NCBI GenBank assembly: GCA_963755715.1 | Contig: CAVWLW010000068.1 | Location: 1-64,000, forward strand | Length of the DNA stretch: 64,000 nucleotides | Reading direction: 5' to 3' | From: an uncultured delta proteobacterium | GTDB lineage: Bacteria > Desulfobacterota > Binatia > UBA9968 | Shown: positions 25,004 through 35,000 of the stretch, one piece after another | How positions within the stretch are numbered: the stretch's first letter is position 1 | Layout: every line of letters begins with the position of its first letter | Made by a program: the position numbers and the translations under genes | The notes under the pieces: model-generated | Database searches by the model: none | Told to the model about the DNA's origin: nothing | Seen by the model: only the letters and a program-made list of their open reading frames with translations

Positions 25004-25197
25004 GGGACTTTCAGGATTTCAACCCATGCAGCAATTGGGTTTCACTTTATCTTATCTATCCGTAGCGCGTTCGCGCCAGTAATTAGGTCTACGCTTTCCG
25101 TGGGCGACAGCGAGGGGTGGCAATTGTGGGGTTGGGACTCTTTGATTCTTAATTTATCTCTACGGCAGCCGGTAAAACTGGGCTCGATTTATCTTCC

Positions 25198-25547
25198 TCA
25201 TCCTAATAACGATTCGGCTGGTATGGATAACTGCTTGTGCAAAGCGCGCATCATTTCCACACTAAGATTTCTCTTCTTATTCAGCACTTCCGAGGCCGGT
25301 TTCGCCCGCCGAGGATTTTCGCGAGATCGGACGCTTTGAGCCCGAGTCGATCCATTCGGAATTTGATTGCCTCGACGGGATCCGGGGGCGCGATAGGGTA
25401 TCGCCTCTGCTCGTATGCCTCCACCAATGTAACCAAAACGTCGAGCCGGTCTCCCGCTGCCGTACCCGGTTTCGCACCCCAGAGTTTGTCGATTTCCTTG
25501 AGAGCTTTCTGTCGATCGCGTTCGGTTTTGATTGGCTTGATTGTCAC
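25198..25547 (-). CDS. higA: HigA-type HTH antitoxin, frameshift near 25293
   Basis: IKPIKTE..DRLDVLVTLVEAYE..PDPVEAIKFRM then SEVLNKKRNLSVEMMRALH. Confidence 0.88.
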
Positions 25548-25548
25548 G

Positions 25549-25842
25549 TCAAACCTCCTCTGCATTGACTCTGTCGTAGGCCGCGTGTGTCCCGATAAAC
25601 CTGATATACACGATTTGAAAGTCGTACTTGATAGCCACGATGAGGCGGTAACTATTGCCCATGATATTGAATACGATCCGATTGTTTCGAATAAAGCTAG
25701 CCGTCCGGTAAGCGTTCTTAATATCCTGCGGGGATCGCCAATTGGCCCGTCTAGCTTCTGTATACCACGCTCTGAGTGCGCCCTCTGCGTCAGGATGCCT
25801 TTCCCAAAAAGCTTTGAGCGTCTTTACCGCGATTACTCGCAT
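25549..25842 (-). CDS. higB: HigB (RelE-superfamily) toxin
   Basis: MRVIA..FWERHPDA..RIVFNIMGNSYRLIV..RFIGTHAAYD; toxin upstream of antitoxin. Confidence 0.92.
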   Translation of the reverse strand: MRVIAVKTLKAFWERHPDAEGALRAWYTEARRANWRSPQDIKNAYRTASFIRNNRIVFNIMGNSYRLIVAIKYDFQIVYIRFIGTHAAYDRVNAEEV

Positions 25843-25857
25843 TGGATACTTTACTAC

Positions 25858-25874
25858 GTTCCCATATTGGGAAC
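25858..25874. promoter_or_regulatory. Probable HigA operator palindrome
   Basis: GTTCCCA-TAT-TGGGAAC about 15 bp upstream of higB. Confidence 0.6.
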
Positions 25875-26069
25875 AAGAAACATCCGTTGTAAGGTCGCAA
25901 ACATTGAAGTCGAGGCTGAATGTTGGCTTATTCTTATACGGCATCTTCAGGCGATCGGCAGGGCAACGGGGTACCCTAGGTTAATTGGACGCTACGGCGG
26001 GGCGAAGCAATCCTTGGGCGATTCTCTTACTCCGTCTTTTTGATAAGCAGCGCTCGTTAAACTCAAACC

Positions 26070-27296
26070 ATGGCACCTGACAAAATTTCCGTGCGCTGCT
26101 GCATCGCGGGCGGCGGGCCGGCCGGCATGATGCTGGGGTATCTGCTGGCGCGCGCCGGCGTCGAAGTCTTGGTGCTGGAAAAGCACGGCGATTTCCTGCG
26201 CGATTTTCGCGGCGATACGATTCATCCCTCGACTCTCGAAGTGATGCACGAGCTGGGATTGCTCGACGAGTTTCTCAAACTGCCGCATCAGAAGGTTTAC
26301 GAGCTCAACGCGCAAGTCGGCGAGATGCGGCTCACCATCGCGGACTTCCGCCACCTGCCGACCCGCTGCGGCTTTGTCGCCTTCATGCCGCAGTGGGATT
26401 TTCTCAACTTCCTCGCCGAAAAAGCGGCGCGCTATCCAAATTTCAATTTAACGATGCAAGCCGAGGTGACCGGCCTGATCGAAGAATCGGGCCGCGTGGT
26501 CGGCGTGCGCGCGAAGACTGCCAACGGAGAAATTGAAGTGCGCGCCGATCTCGTCGTCGGCGCCGACGGCCGGAGCTCGATCGTGCGCGAAAAGGCCGGT
26601 TTGAAAGTGAAGGAATTCGGCGCGCCGATGGACGTGCTCTGGTTTCGGCTCCGTCGAACTGCGACAGATCCCGTGGCGACCATGGGCAGGTTCGATAGCG
26701 GCAGGATTTTTATCGCGCTCAATCGCGGCGACTATTGGCAGTGCGGCTACGTCATCGCCAAGGGACAATTCGAAGAGATGCGCCGGCAGCCATTCGAAAC
26801 TTTTCGCGCGGCGATCGTGAAGCTCGCGCCCTACGCGAGAGACAGCGTGCAGGAGCTGCGCGGCTGGGACGATGTCAAGCTTTTAACGGTCCGCGTGGAC
26901 CGATTGTTAGAATGGTTTCGGCCGGGTCTCTTGTGCATCGGCGACTCGGCGCACGCCATGTCTCCGGTCGGCGGCGTCGGCATCAATCTCGCGATTCAGG
27001 ACGCCGTGGCGGCGGCCAACGTTCTCTTCGAACCGCTGCGCGAAGGACAGCTCGCGATCGATCACCTGCGCCGGATCCAGAAGCGCCGCGAGTTGCCCAC
27101 GCGCGTGACGCAAGGGTTGCAGGTCGCCGTGCAGCGCCGGATCATTGCCCGCGTGTTGGTCGAGACCGGACCGCTCAAGCCGCCGCTCGCGGTGCGCTTG
27201 CTGGCAAAAATTCCATTCCTCCGGCGCATCCCGGCCCGCATCGTCGGTCTCGGCATCCGCCCGGAACATGTCGACCCTGCGCTAGCGCAAGAATGA
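26070..27296 (+). CDS. FAD-dependent oxidoreductase/monooxygenase (UbiH-like), intact copy 3
   Basis: GGGPAG, GADG, GDSAHAMSPVGGVGINLAIQD. Confidence 0.93.
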   Translation: MAPDKISVRCCIAGGGPAGMMLGYLLARAGVEVLVLEKHGDFLRDFRGDTIHPSTLEVMHELGLLDEFLKLPHQKVYELNAQVGEMRLTIADFRHLPTRCGFVAFMPQWDFLNFLAEKAARYPNFNLTMQAEVTGLIEESGRVVGVRAKTANGEIEVRADLVVGADGRSSIVREKAGLKVKEFGAPMDVLWFRLRRTATDPVATMGRFDSGRIFIALNRGDYWQCGYVIAKGQFEEMRRQPFETFRAAIVKLAPYARDSVQELRGWDDVKLLTVRVDRLLEWFRPGLLCIGDSAHAMSPVGGVGINLAIQDAVAAANVLFEPLREGQLAIDHLRRIQKRRELPTRVTQGLQVAVQRRIIARVLVETGPLKPPLAVRLLAKIPFLRRIPARIVGLGIRPEHVDPALAQE

Positions 27297-27464
27297 GGAT
27301 CGCAATCTTTACATCGTGGTACCGCCGACGCGGCTATGCGGAAACAACCGAAAGTACCTGTGCATGTGCAACTTCGACTCTAGCCACGACGCCGCGAGTT
27401 TGCTATGAGCATGGCCAATCATCGAGTGAGTTGAATCCCACTGCGCAGCCGGAGGAATATTGCC

Positions 27465-28500
27465 GTGCCGCTGATCACGCGTTTGCCTAGAACATTAAGA
27501 AGTCTCGCCCTGTCGTTGCCTGTGCTCATGCACAGCATCCTGCCCGCCCAAGGACAGGACAAAGCGCTCGTCGAAGCCGCCCGCAAGGAAGGAAAGGTCA
27601 CTATTTTCGGATCTCTTCAAGAGGAAGTGATGAAGGCGATTCTGGAGAGCTTCGACAGGAAGTATCCGGGCGTCAAGAGCGTGTATTGGCGTGCGTCGAC
27701 CACGGCGGTCATGGATCGGGCGATCAACGAATTCCGCACGGGAAAAGTGTCCTGGGACATCTTCTTCACCGGGGTCGACGCCATGGAAATTATGCGAGCC
27801 GAAGGAATGTTTCTCAAATATCAAACACCGGCGAGCAAGAACTTCGACAAGGAGTATCATCACGCGTTCTACAGCCCAAACTATCGGAGCTCGATCATCG
27901 GTTTCGTCTACAACACCCGCTACATCAAGCCGGCGGAGGCGCCGAAATCCTATTGGGATTATGCCGATCCGAAGTGGGACGGCAAAACCACCATGTCCGA
28001 TCCGACGGCGCACACGTCGATGGCTAAGTGGCTCTCCAGCCTGCACCTCGTGCTAGGCGACAAAAGTAAGGAAGACGAATATGCCCAGCGTTTGGCCGCG
28101 AGCAGCCCCGCTGTTGCACCGCTCGCTGACGCCGGCTGTGGAAAGCATTGCCAATGGTGAAAGGCCTTTGGGGATCGCGTACATCAAGTATGTTTGCGAT
28201 ATGGGCAAAGTCGGCGCGCCGTTGGACTACGTGCGCTTGCCCGCCTACCTGGGCGAAGGCAATTACATCGCCATCGGTTCCAAGTCAGCGAACGTCAACG
28301 CCGCCAAACTATGGATCGACCATTGGTATAGCAAGGAGAGCATGACGGCGCTGGCGAACGACTGCGAGTTCGTCAATCTGCGCGGCGTTCATCCGCCGCT
28401 GAAAGACGCCGGTAAAATCAAGTTCGTCGAAGAAATTCAGCGCAGCGAAACCGACTATAAGCAGCTCGGCGAAAAATACGGCAAATTTTTTAAAAAATAG
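27465..28500 (+). CDS. ABC-type extracellular solute-binding protein, frameshift near 28110
   Basis: ALVEAARKEGKV, YWDYADPKWDGK, NAAKLWID. Confidence 0.85.
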
Positions 28501-28593
28501 TATGCCACGCCCAGCCCGACGGGGCTCGCTCATTGGGGTTCGTCGTGCCGACGCTGGAATAAGCTGCGCACTTAACGGAAGGAGAATATCGTC

Positions 28594-29214
28594 ATGAAAA
28601 TCCGATCCGCTCTTCTTTTTCTTTGGCTCATGCTGTCGGCCGCGGGCGCTTGGGCGCAAGAAGGTCCGAACCGGCCCGAGCCAAAGCCAATTACGCTCGA
28701 CAGCAAGAGCACCGCGATCTTGGTGCTCGACCTCAACGCCCGCTGCGATGATCCCAAGCAAGTCTGCTCGAAAATCACCGCGCCACTGGGAGATTTCCTG
28801 GACAAGGCGAGGGCCGCCGCCGTGCCGATCATCTACAGCGTGTCGGCGACGGCTAAAGGAAAGCCGATCGGCGAGCTGGCGGCGCCGCTGCGGCGAAAAG
28901 AGAGTGAGACCGTCATTTATCCCGACGCCTTCGATAAGTTTTACGGCGGCGAGCTTCAGGCTTTTCTCAAGGACAAGGGCGCCAAAACTTTGATCATCAC
29001 CGGCTCGGCAACCAATAATGCCGTTCTTTATACCGCGACGACCGCGGCGCGCATGCATCGCTACAGCATCGTGATCCCCATGGACGGCGTGAACGCCAGC
29101 TCGCGCTACGAACAGGAATACGCCATTCACCAATTTACCGTCTTGCCGTCGGAGGCGAACAAGTTGTTTCAATTCACCAATCTGTCGATGATCAGCTTTC
29201 GCCAGCAACCCTAA
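28594..29214 (+). CDS. Secreted isochorismatase/cysteine-hydrolase-fold protein lacking the catalytic Cys
   Basis: Signal peptide AWA-Q; TAILVLD; LIITGSATNNAVLYTA. Confidence 0.85.
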   Translation: MKIRSALLFLWLMLSAAGAWAQEGPNRPEPKPITLDSKSTAILVLDLNARCDDPKQVCSKITAPLGDFLDKARAAAVPIIYSVSATAKGKPIGELAAPLRRKESETVIYPDAFDKFYGGELQAFLKDKGAKTLIITGSATNNAVLYTATTAARMHRYSIVIPMDGVNASSRYEQEYAIHQFTVLPSEANKLFQFTNLSMISFRQQP

Positions 29215-29236
29215 GAGAGAGCGGAGCATTGAAAAA

Positions 29237-29267
29237 GTTCCCGTCGTTCCAACGCCTCCATCGCTGC
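29237..29267 (+). repeat. Degenerate GTTC repeat copy
   Basis: gttcccgtc gttccaac gcctccatcgctgc. Confidence 0.45.
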
Positions 29268-29589
29268 TTGGGTTAATCACGAATTTGCCAGCTCGGTAGC
29301 AATGTAGACCGCGCCAACCTGAAATCGATCCTATGTTCTTGATAATAAGTTCTGCTGGCGCGTGAGCGGCTAACACACCTAGTTGTGGCTTAAAGCCTCA
29401 CACGCGATCACCCGTTCGATTCGTGGAATTAAATCGCAGAACAGGAGTGGTAAAGACTTGAACCGCCGTTTCGGCGAGGTAGCATTTTATCTAGATGAAG
29501 GCCCGAGCCGGACACTCGAAGAAAGCGCTCCATGTCGTACAATTTCTTGAATGCGAAACACGGCAAGTCACCCGAAAGGAGAACTAATC

Positions 29590-30174
29590 ATGGCGTGGAT
29601 CAGGACGTTCGAGGAGAACGAAGCACGAGGACTTTTGACTTGGGTTTATCGGGTAGCGCGCTGGACGCAGGGTCGAATTCCCAACATCGTTAAGCTCTCG
29701 AGTCTCAACCCGCGCGTTCTAGTTGCGCTGGGTCCCCTCTATCGCACGCTTATGGAGGGTCCGTCGCCGTTGAGCTGCGCGCAGCGCAAGATGGTCGCTA
29801 TCGTCGCCTCTAAAGTGAATAACTGTTTCTACTGAACCGAGGCTAACGGAGAGTTTCTCCGTGAGGAATTGGACGACGTCGAATTGACCGATGCGCTCAT
29901 GGATGATTACCGCAAAGCGCCGCTCGAGCCAGAGATGAAGCAGCTATTATCCTTTGCCGAAAAGGTGGCACGCGACGCCGGCGAGATGACTCCAGATGAT
30001 ATTGCGAAGCTCCGTTCGGCTGGTTTCTCTGACCGAGCGTTGTTAGATGCTGCCCACGTTGCCGGCTTCTTCAGCTATATGAATCGGGTCGTGCAGGCGC
30101 TCGGCGCCGATGGCAAGGCAAGCATCGGCGCGACGCACGCGCTGCAGCCGGCAAAAATCAGCCACTCGATTTAG
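29590..30174 (+). CDS. AhpD/CMD-like peroxidase-related protein with in-frame TGA (probable selenocysteine, CxxU)
   Basis: ..SKVNNCFY-TGA(29833)-TEANGEFLREELDDV.. continues in frame into ORF 29869-30174 (FAEKV..GFFSYMNRVVQALG). Confidence 0.8.
29843..29865 (+). promoter_or_regulatory. Candidate bacterial SECIS hairpin
   Basis: ACGGAGA-GTT-TCTCCGT 7-bp stem; G-initiated loop 17 nt after the UGA. Confidence 0.65.
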
Positions 30175-30447
30175 CGAGATTTGAGTTTTCACGCCAAGCA
30201 GTTCGCGCTGCTCTAGTCGCCCTTCTGAGCGTCAAGCCGTTCATCGCGGTCGCGGCTTGCAGCACGACATGGTGTTATGGATCTGGCCCGATCGGATTGT
30301 TCGCACTTGATTTCTTGCCACCGAGCCATAGTTGAACTCCCAGTATGTTGGTAAACTCTTTGTTGAGCACGCCATTGGTTATTTAATCGCGGCAGCTCGT
30401 TTTAGTTAGGTACCGCTAGTCGACGTGACCGTTGGCAAAGGGACCCA

Positions 30448-30732
30448 ATGAAATCAGACGTCGAAAAAACTATCGAACCCAGAGTCGCAGCCGCGTTCGA
30501 AGATATCCTTGCCGAGACCAGGAGTGACGCCCGCCATAAAATTCTCCAGGGCGCTCGGGACATGGTGAAAGCTGTATGGATGGGTAAGATTTATGCCGCC
30601 TTGCCGAAGGATAAGACAACGATTCCCGAATACTTCCTCGACGCAGAGCTTGAGCAATTTTTAAACGAAGCCATTGAAGAATGTCATGCGCGGATAAGCT
30701 CGATAGCGGAGCGGGCGAAAGAGATATCGTAG
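30448..30732 (+). CDS. Hypothetical protein
   Basis: 94-aa ORF with AAGGGA RBS; no recognised motif. Confidence 0.5.
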   Translation: MKSDVEKTIEPRVAAAFEDILAETRSDARHKILQGARDMVKAVWMGKIYAALPKDKTTIPEYFLDAELEQFLNEAIEECHARISSIAERAKEIS

Positions 30733-30756
30733 CCCTGTGCTCCATGAGCCCAACCG

Positions 30757-30796
30757 GTTCCAGTCGTTCCACATGTTCTTCGCTCGCGTTCCAATT
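30757..30796 (+). repeat. Degenerate GTTC repeat copy
   Basis: gttccagtc gttccacat gttcttcgctcgc gttccaatt. Confidence 0.55.
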
Positions 30797-30903
30797 GGCG
30801 CGCGAAAGCGGACTTCTTGTTTGTGCTTTCCGTTGAGTGCTAGAACGAACTTCGGACCCGATGCTTAGAGAGCGCATCTCTGCAGGGCGCGCCAAGCTCT
30901 ACA

Positions 30904-31909
30904 ATGTCATCGCAACATATTTTCTTTTTCTTCGCCAAATCAGCCGCGCTTCTTACTCTCGCAGCGTTCATGCTCGCTCATAATTGCGCGATGGTTTGGG
31001 GCGCGGAAACTCTCCAGTTTGGATTTTCGGGAGCGACCGCTACTCAATTGGCGGGTTCTCTGGCTGTCGAGCACAAGTTGTTCGACATTTACGGGGTGAA
31101 CGTCGAATTTACTCAATCGGCGGGAACGACCATGATACGCGCTCTCGATTCCGGCAGCTTGCAGGTCGCTATCGTGGGCGGCGGTCAGGCGTTGAGCGCC
31201 TACTTGAAGGGCGTCGACGTTCGCATCATCAGCGGGCTCGTGAACATTGTTCCTTTTCAACTTTGGGCGAAGCCGGAGATTTCTCAGCTGAAAGATCTCA
31301 AGGGAAAGCTGATCGCCAACACTCCACCGGGCACGTCGCTCAATTTAGCCAATCAGATTTTACTCATGCGCGCCGGGCTCGATCCGCTGAGAGAGGTAAA
31401 GCTGGTGGCGTTCGGCCGGTTGGGGCTCGTCTCACAGGCGCTGTTCACCGGCGTGGTCGACGCCGCGCTTTTGTCGCCGCCGGATACCATCGAAGCGCGA
31501 AGATCCGGACTGCGCATGTTGCTGGACCTGGCGACGGCGCGGATTCCTTGCCCGTTCACTTCGGTGGTCACCACCAAGGCAGTGCTGGAAAAATCTCCGG
31601 CGCCGCTGGATCGATTTCTACGAGGGATACTTCACGGGATCAAACTTGCGTTGACCAATCCGGATATGGCAAAAAAGACCATAGGCCGAAACATGCGGCT
31701 CACCAACCCCGAAGCGGTCGAAGAAGTTTATCAGCGAGCGATCTTAGCATACGAGCGTGTACCGATGGTTCCTAAAGAAGCGATCGAGACGGTGGTCAAG
31801 CTTTCAACGGTTCCATGCTAATCGAAACCCGTTCGGCGTGTTGGATATGACTATCCTCGATCGCATCGATAAGGAAGGATTTGTCAGATCGCTCTATTCG
31901 ATGAAATAG
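30904..31909 (+). CDS. NMT1/SsuA-type solute-binding protein; C-terminal frameshift near 31820
   Basis: AKPEISQLKDLKGK, AGLDP; tail VLDMTILDRIDKEGFVRSLY in the next frame. Confidence 0.85.
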
Positions 31910-31926
31910 GAAATTTTTTCAGGAGG

Positions 31927-32781
31927 TTGTCATGGCAAGATATCCGAGGAGTTGGAAAAAAGATCACCTACAGCGAGGACAATCCGATCAGCGCGGAGAT
32001 CGAAGCACTGCGCAAAAGCCGCGATGATATCAAGCGGCCGCCCAAAGACGACGAGGAGCGCGAACGTTTGGCGCGCTGGCTCGCGCACCGCGGCCGCGAC
32101 GAGCTCGAAGTCACGGTCGGCACGGCGTGTTACGCCATGGCGCACTTCGAAATGGATTCCGAATGGCGTTATTTTCTCGCCGAGCATGCCGGCACCGAAG
32201 CGGGCCACGGCTGGGGTTATATACGCCAGGCCAACGCCATCGACCCAAGCCGCGATCACTCCAAACCCGATCCTGAGTTTGAGCGCAAGTACGGCCTTAC
32301 CCCGCGCATCGAGCACCACCAGATCATGAAGCGCGATTTTTTGAGCTACATTTTTTCCGGCAACTTGTGGCCCTACGGCCACGTCACCGCGGCGAGCATC
32401 CAGAGCATTCAGATCACGACGCCGAAGCTGCTCGATTTCGAAGAACGCGTGGTGCACGCCGAAGAGCGCAGCCATCACGACGCGATTTTGCAAAAACTCC
32501 ACGACTACGTCTGGGAGCAGATCGAGATTTGGGGCGAAGCGCCGATTCGCCGGCGTATCGGCGAGATCGAGAAGCAGGCGCTCAACAGCCGTCCGCGCAC
32601 GGTCTTCGATCCGCCGCGACGGGAGTTCCTGCGCAAATACTTCAACGTCCCGGTGGAGAATGTGCGGAAATTCCCCGCCTGGAGAGAGTATCTTTATCTC
32701 AATGTCCTCGGCTTTCCGCCGGAGCCGGTTTACATCGAGAACTGGCCCGCGGAAATTCCCCAGCCCAAGGCGGGATTATAA
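31927..32781 (+). CDS. Ferritin-like (diiron-carboxylate) domain protein of unknown function
   Basis: Helical pattern with E (RDELE), ExxH (TEAGHG) and ExxH (EERSHH); AGGAGG RBS. Confidence 0.65.
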   Translation: MSWQDIRGVGKKITYSEDNPISAEIEALRKSRDDIKRPPKDDEERERLARWLAHRGRDELEVTVGTACYAMAHFEMDSEWRYFLAEHAGTEAGHGWGYIRQANAIDPSRDHSKPDPEFERKYGLTPRIEHHQIMKRDFLSYIFSGNLWPYGHVTAASIQSIQITTPKLLDFEERVVHAEERSHHDAILQKLHDYVWEQIEIWGEAPIRRRIGEIEKQALNSRPRTVFDPPRREFLRKYFNVPVENVRKFPAWREYLYLNVLGFPPEPVYIENWPAEIPQPKAGL

Positions 32782-32845
32782 GACGCGTTTGCGCCTTGAA
32801 GGGAGATTAGCTGCTGGCGACTGAGCGACGAGTGATATTCTGAGT

Positions 32846-33847
32846 TTAACGGTAGAGCCCATCGATATAGCCGGAACGATCGAGCTCTTCGAGAAATCGA
32901 GTGTCGACGAAATCCCTCGGGTCGGCGGTTTTCGCCGCGGGAATTTGTTCGGCCAGCTCGGCGAAAACCATCTTGAAGCCATCGAGAGTCGGGTAGGGCT
33001 TTCGCGGCATGAAGCCGCGCAGGATCTGATAGGCATCGTCGAGATCCCGTTCCTGCTGCAGACGCATATGTTTGCGAAACGCGCGCTTGGCGACCTCCGG
33101 ATTGACGGTCGCGAGTTGAATTCCTTCGACGAACGACTTCATGACCCGGCGCGCGATGTCCGGTGACTTTGCCAGGTGCGCGCGCGTCGTTACCAGACCG
33201 GTGTGCTGGAAGGGGATGCCCATTTCCTCCATGTTGGCCAATACTCTCATGCCTGCTTCCTGCGCCTTCTTGTGATCCGGTGGCTCGACAATGGTCGCAT
33301 CGATGGAATTGGCGGCCAATGCCGCCAACCTTGTCGGCGCGCCACCGACCTGTACAAGCACGACGTCTTTTTCCGGATTGAAACCGAGCTTCGTCAATAA
33401 AAATCTCGTCGCCCGATCCGCGCCGGCGCCGAAGCGAGACACGGCCACCCGTTTGCCCTTCAAATCGGCGATTGTTTTGATTTCCGGCCGCGCGACCAGG
33501 CGGTAGATAAGCTGATTCAAAAAGCCGGCGACCATGGCCAGATCGGCGCCTTGCAGCTTTGGCGCCGCCATCAACGAGCCGGTCATCTCGCCGTAAATTA
33601 TATTGCCGGCAATCAGCGCCCGCTGCACAAGGGCGCTCTCCAAATAAAGCACCTCGACGTCCAAGCCGTTCTTCTCGAACACTTTGCCTTCTTTGGTGAT
33701 CCACAGCACCGCCATCGCGACCGATGGCGCGCCGTAGCCGATCCGCAGTTTGTCACGGCGGCCGCGTGCCGGCGGGTGCGTAGGACGCATAGGACGAAGA
33801 AAGCGCATAACCCAGCCGCTGAACGCAGCCCGTTGCTTTTGGCCATA
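32846..33847 (-). CDS. NMT1/SsuA-type solute-binding protein; frameshift in the signal region
   Basis: KLRIGYG, FEKNGLDVE, DLKGKRVAVSRFG, FVDTRFLEELDRSG. Confidence 0.9.
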   Translation of the reverse strand, partial: YGQKQRAAFSGWVMRFLRPMRPTHPPARGRRDKLRIGYGAPSVAMAVLWITKEGKVFEKNGLDVEVLYLESALVQRALIAGNIIYGEMTGSLMAAPKLQGADLAMVAGFLNQLIYRLVARPEIKTIADLKGKRVAVSRFGAGADRATRFLLTKLGFNPEKDVVLVQVGGAPTRLAALAANSIDATIVEPPDHKKAQEAGMRVLANMEEMGIPFQHTGLVTTRAHLAKSPDIARRVMKSFVEGIQLATVNPEVAKRAFRKHMRLQQERDLDDAYQILRGFMPRKPYPTLDGFKMVFAELAEQIPAAKTADPRDFVDTRFLEELDRSGYIDGLYR

Positions 33848-33862
33848 AGTTCATTGACTCGA

Positions 33863-34939
33863 TTACGGTGCTGACAGTTTTTTTAGGATATTCGCCGATT
33901 CTTTGGGCGCTTTGAGAATCGACGCAGCGATGTTGCCGGCTTCTTCGCCGGGCACCAAGCGCGGCAACGTGCCCTGGCTCTTGGTCCATTCGGCGAGAAA
34001 CGTTTGATCTTTACCCATCGCATTGAAAGCCTGGCGCAGCTCAGTAACCAGCGCCGTTGGTGTCTTCGGCGCGACCGCGAGCAGCCGCGTCAGCGAGTAA
34101 CCGCCAATCACGGCTTTCTCCGCATCCCACGCGGGACCGCTTGGCTCTTTGCCGGTGATGGCGCGAAAGACTTCGGCGAGCGAGGGCGTGTCAATGCCGA
34201 GATCCTTCCACACGGGATCTTTGACTACGTTGCCTTTGCCGTCCAAGAATCCGACCTGGTAAAGCATTGTCGTCCAGCCTTCACGCACCCAAGGCAGCAC
34301 GGAGCGGGAAATGCCAACCGCGGTCTCTTGGGTGAAATTTATTTCCGCGCGCTCGAAGGCGAGGCGAATCGGACCGGCGCCGCCATAGCCGGTGACATAG
34401 TTCGGGCTCTTGACGCCGAGCAGATTCATCGCCGCCAGCATCGAAACGTCTTTGATCGACCCGTAACCGGAGCCGCCGATAACGATGGGACCCTTCGGAT
34501 TCAACAAATCTCGCGCCGACTTCACGCCGGTTTTGTCGTTCCGAATGAAAGCCGCAACGGACTCGGAGCTGCCCCCAACGATCGGCATTTTTGTGATGTC
34601 GAACTCGATGCCGGACAGCTCGATCAATTGATTGATCGGTGTGCCGGTGGCAAACAGGGCGGTAAGTCCATCAGGCTTAGCTTTGCCATACACGTAGTTC
34701 GTGCCGATGATCTCGCCGCCGCCGGGCATATTTTCAACAACGATCGTTGGGCTCCCAGGAATATGACGCGACAAATGTCGCATCATCAAGCGCGCGACGA
34801 TGTCGCTGCCGCCGCCGGCCGCCGAAGCGACGACGACGCGGAGTGTCTTGCCCTGGTAGAAGGGCTCCGCGGCGAAAGCACCGGGCGAAATAACGAGAAG
34901 AACCGTTATCAAAAGAATCGATTTTAGAAAAATACACAT
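33863..34939 (-). CDS. Bug/TctC-like substrate-binding protein
   Basis: EPFYQGKTLRVVV..GGGSD, IPGSPTIVVENMPGGG, KPDGLT. Confidence 0.88.
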   Translation of the reverse strand: MCIFLKSILLITVLLVISPGAFAAEPFYQGKTLRVVVASAAGGGSDIVARLMMRHLSRHIPGSPTIVVENMPGGGEIIGTNYVYGKAKPDGLTALFATGTPINQLIELSGIEFDITKMPIVGGSSESVAAFIRNDKTGVKSARDLLNPKGPIVIGGSGYGSIKDVSMLAAMNLLGVKSPNYVTGYGGAGPIRLAFERAEINFTQETAVGISRSVLPWVREGWTTMLYQVGFLDGKGNVVKDPVWKDLGIDTPSLAEVFRAITGKEPSGPAWDAEKAVIGGYSLTRLLAVAPKTPTALVTELRQAFNAMGKDQTFLAEWTKSQGTLPRLVPGEEAGNIAASILKAPKESANILKKLSAP

Positions 34940-35000
34940 AGAACGATGAAGCTTAGGTCTTGTGACCGATTAAAGTTTTCACCCTCTTCCAGTGAAATTG

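Noticed and set aside
20149-29400. Classical integron cassette array
   Set aside because: No intI and no convincing attC (paired RYYYAAC/GTTRRRY with internal symmetry); isolated GCTAAC/GTTAG words are expected by chance.
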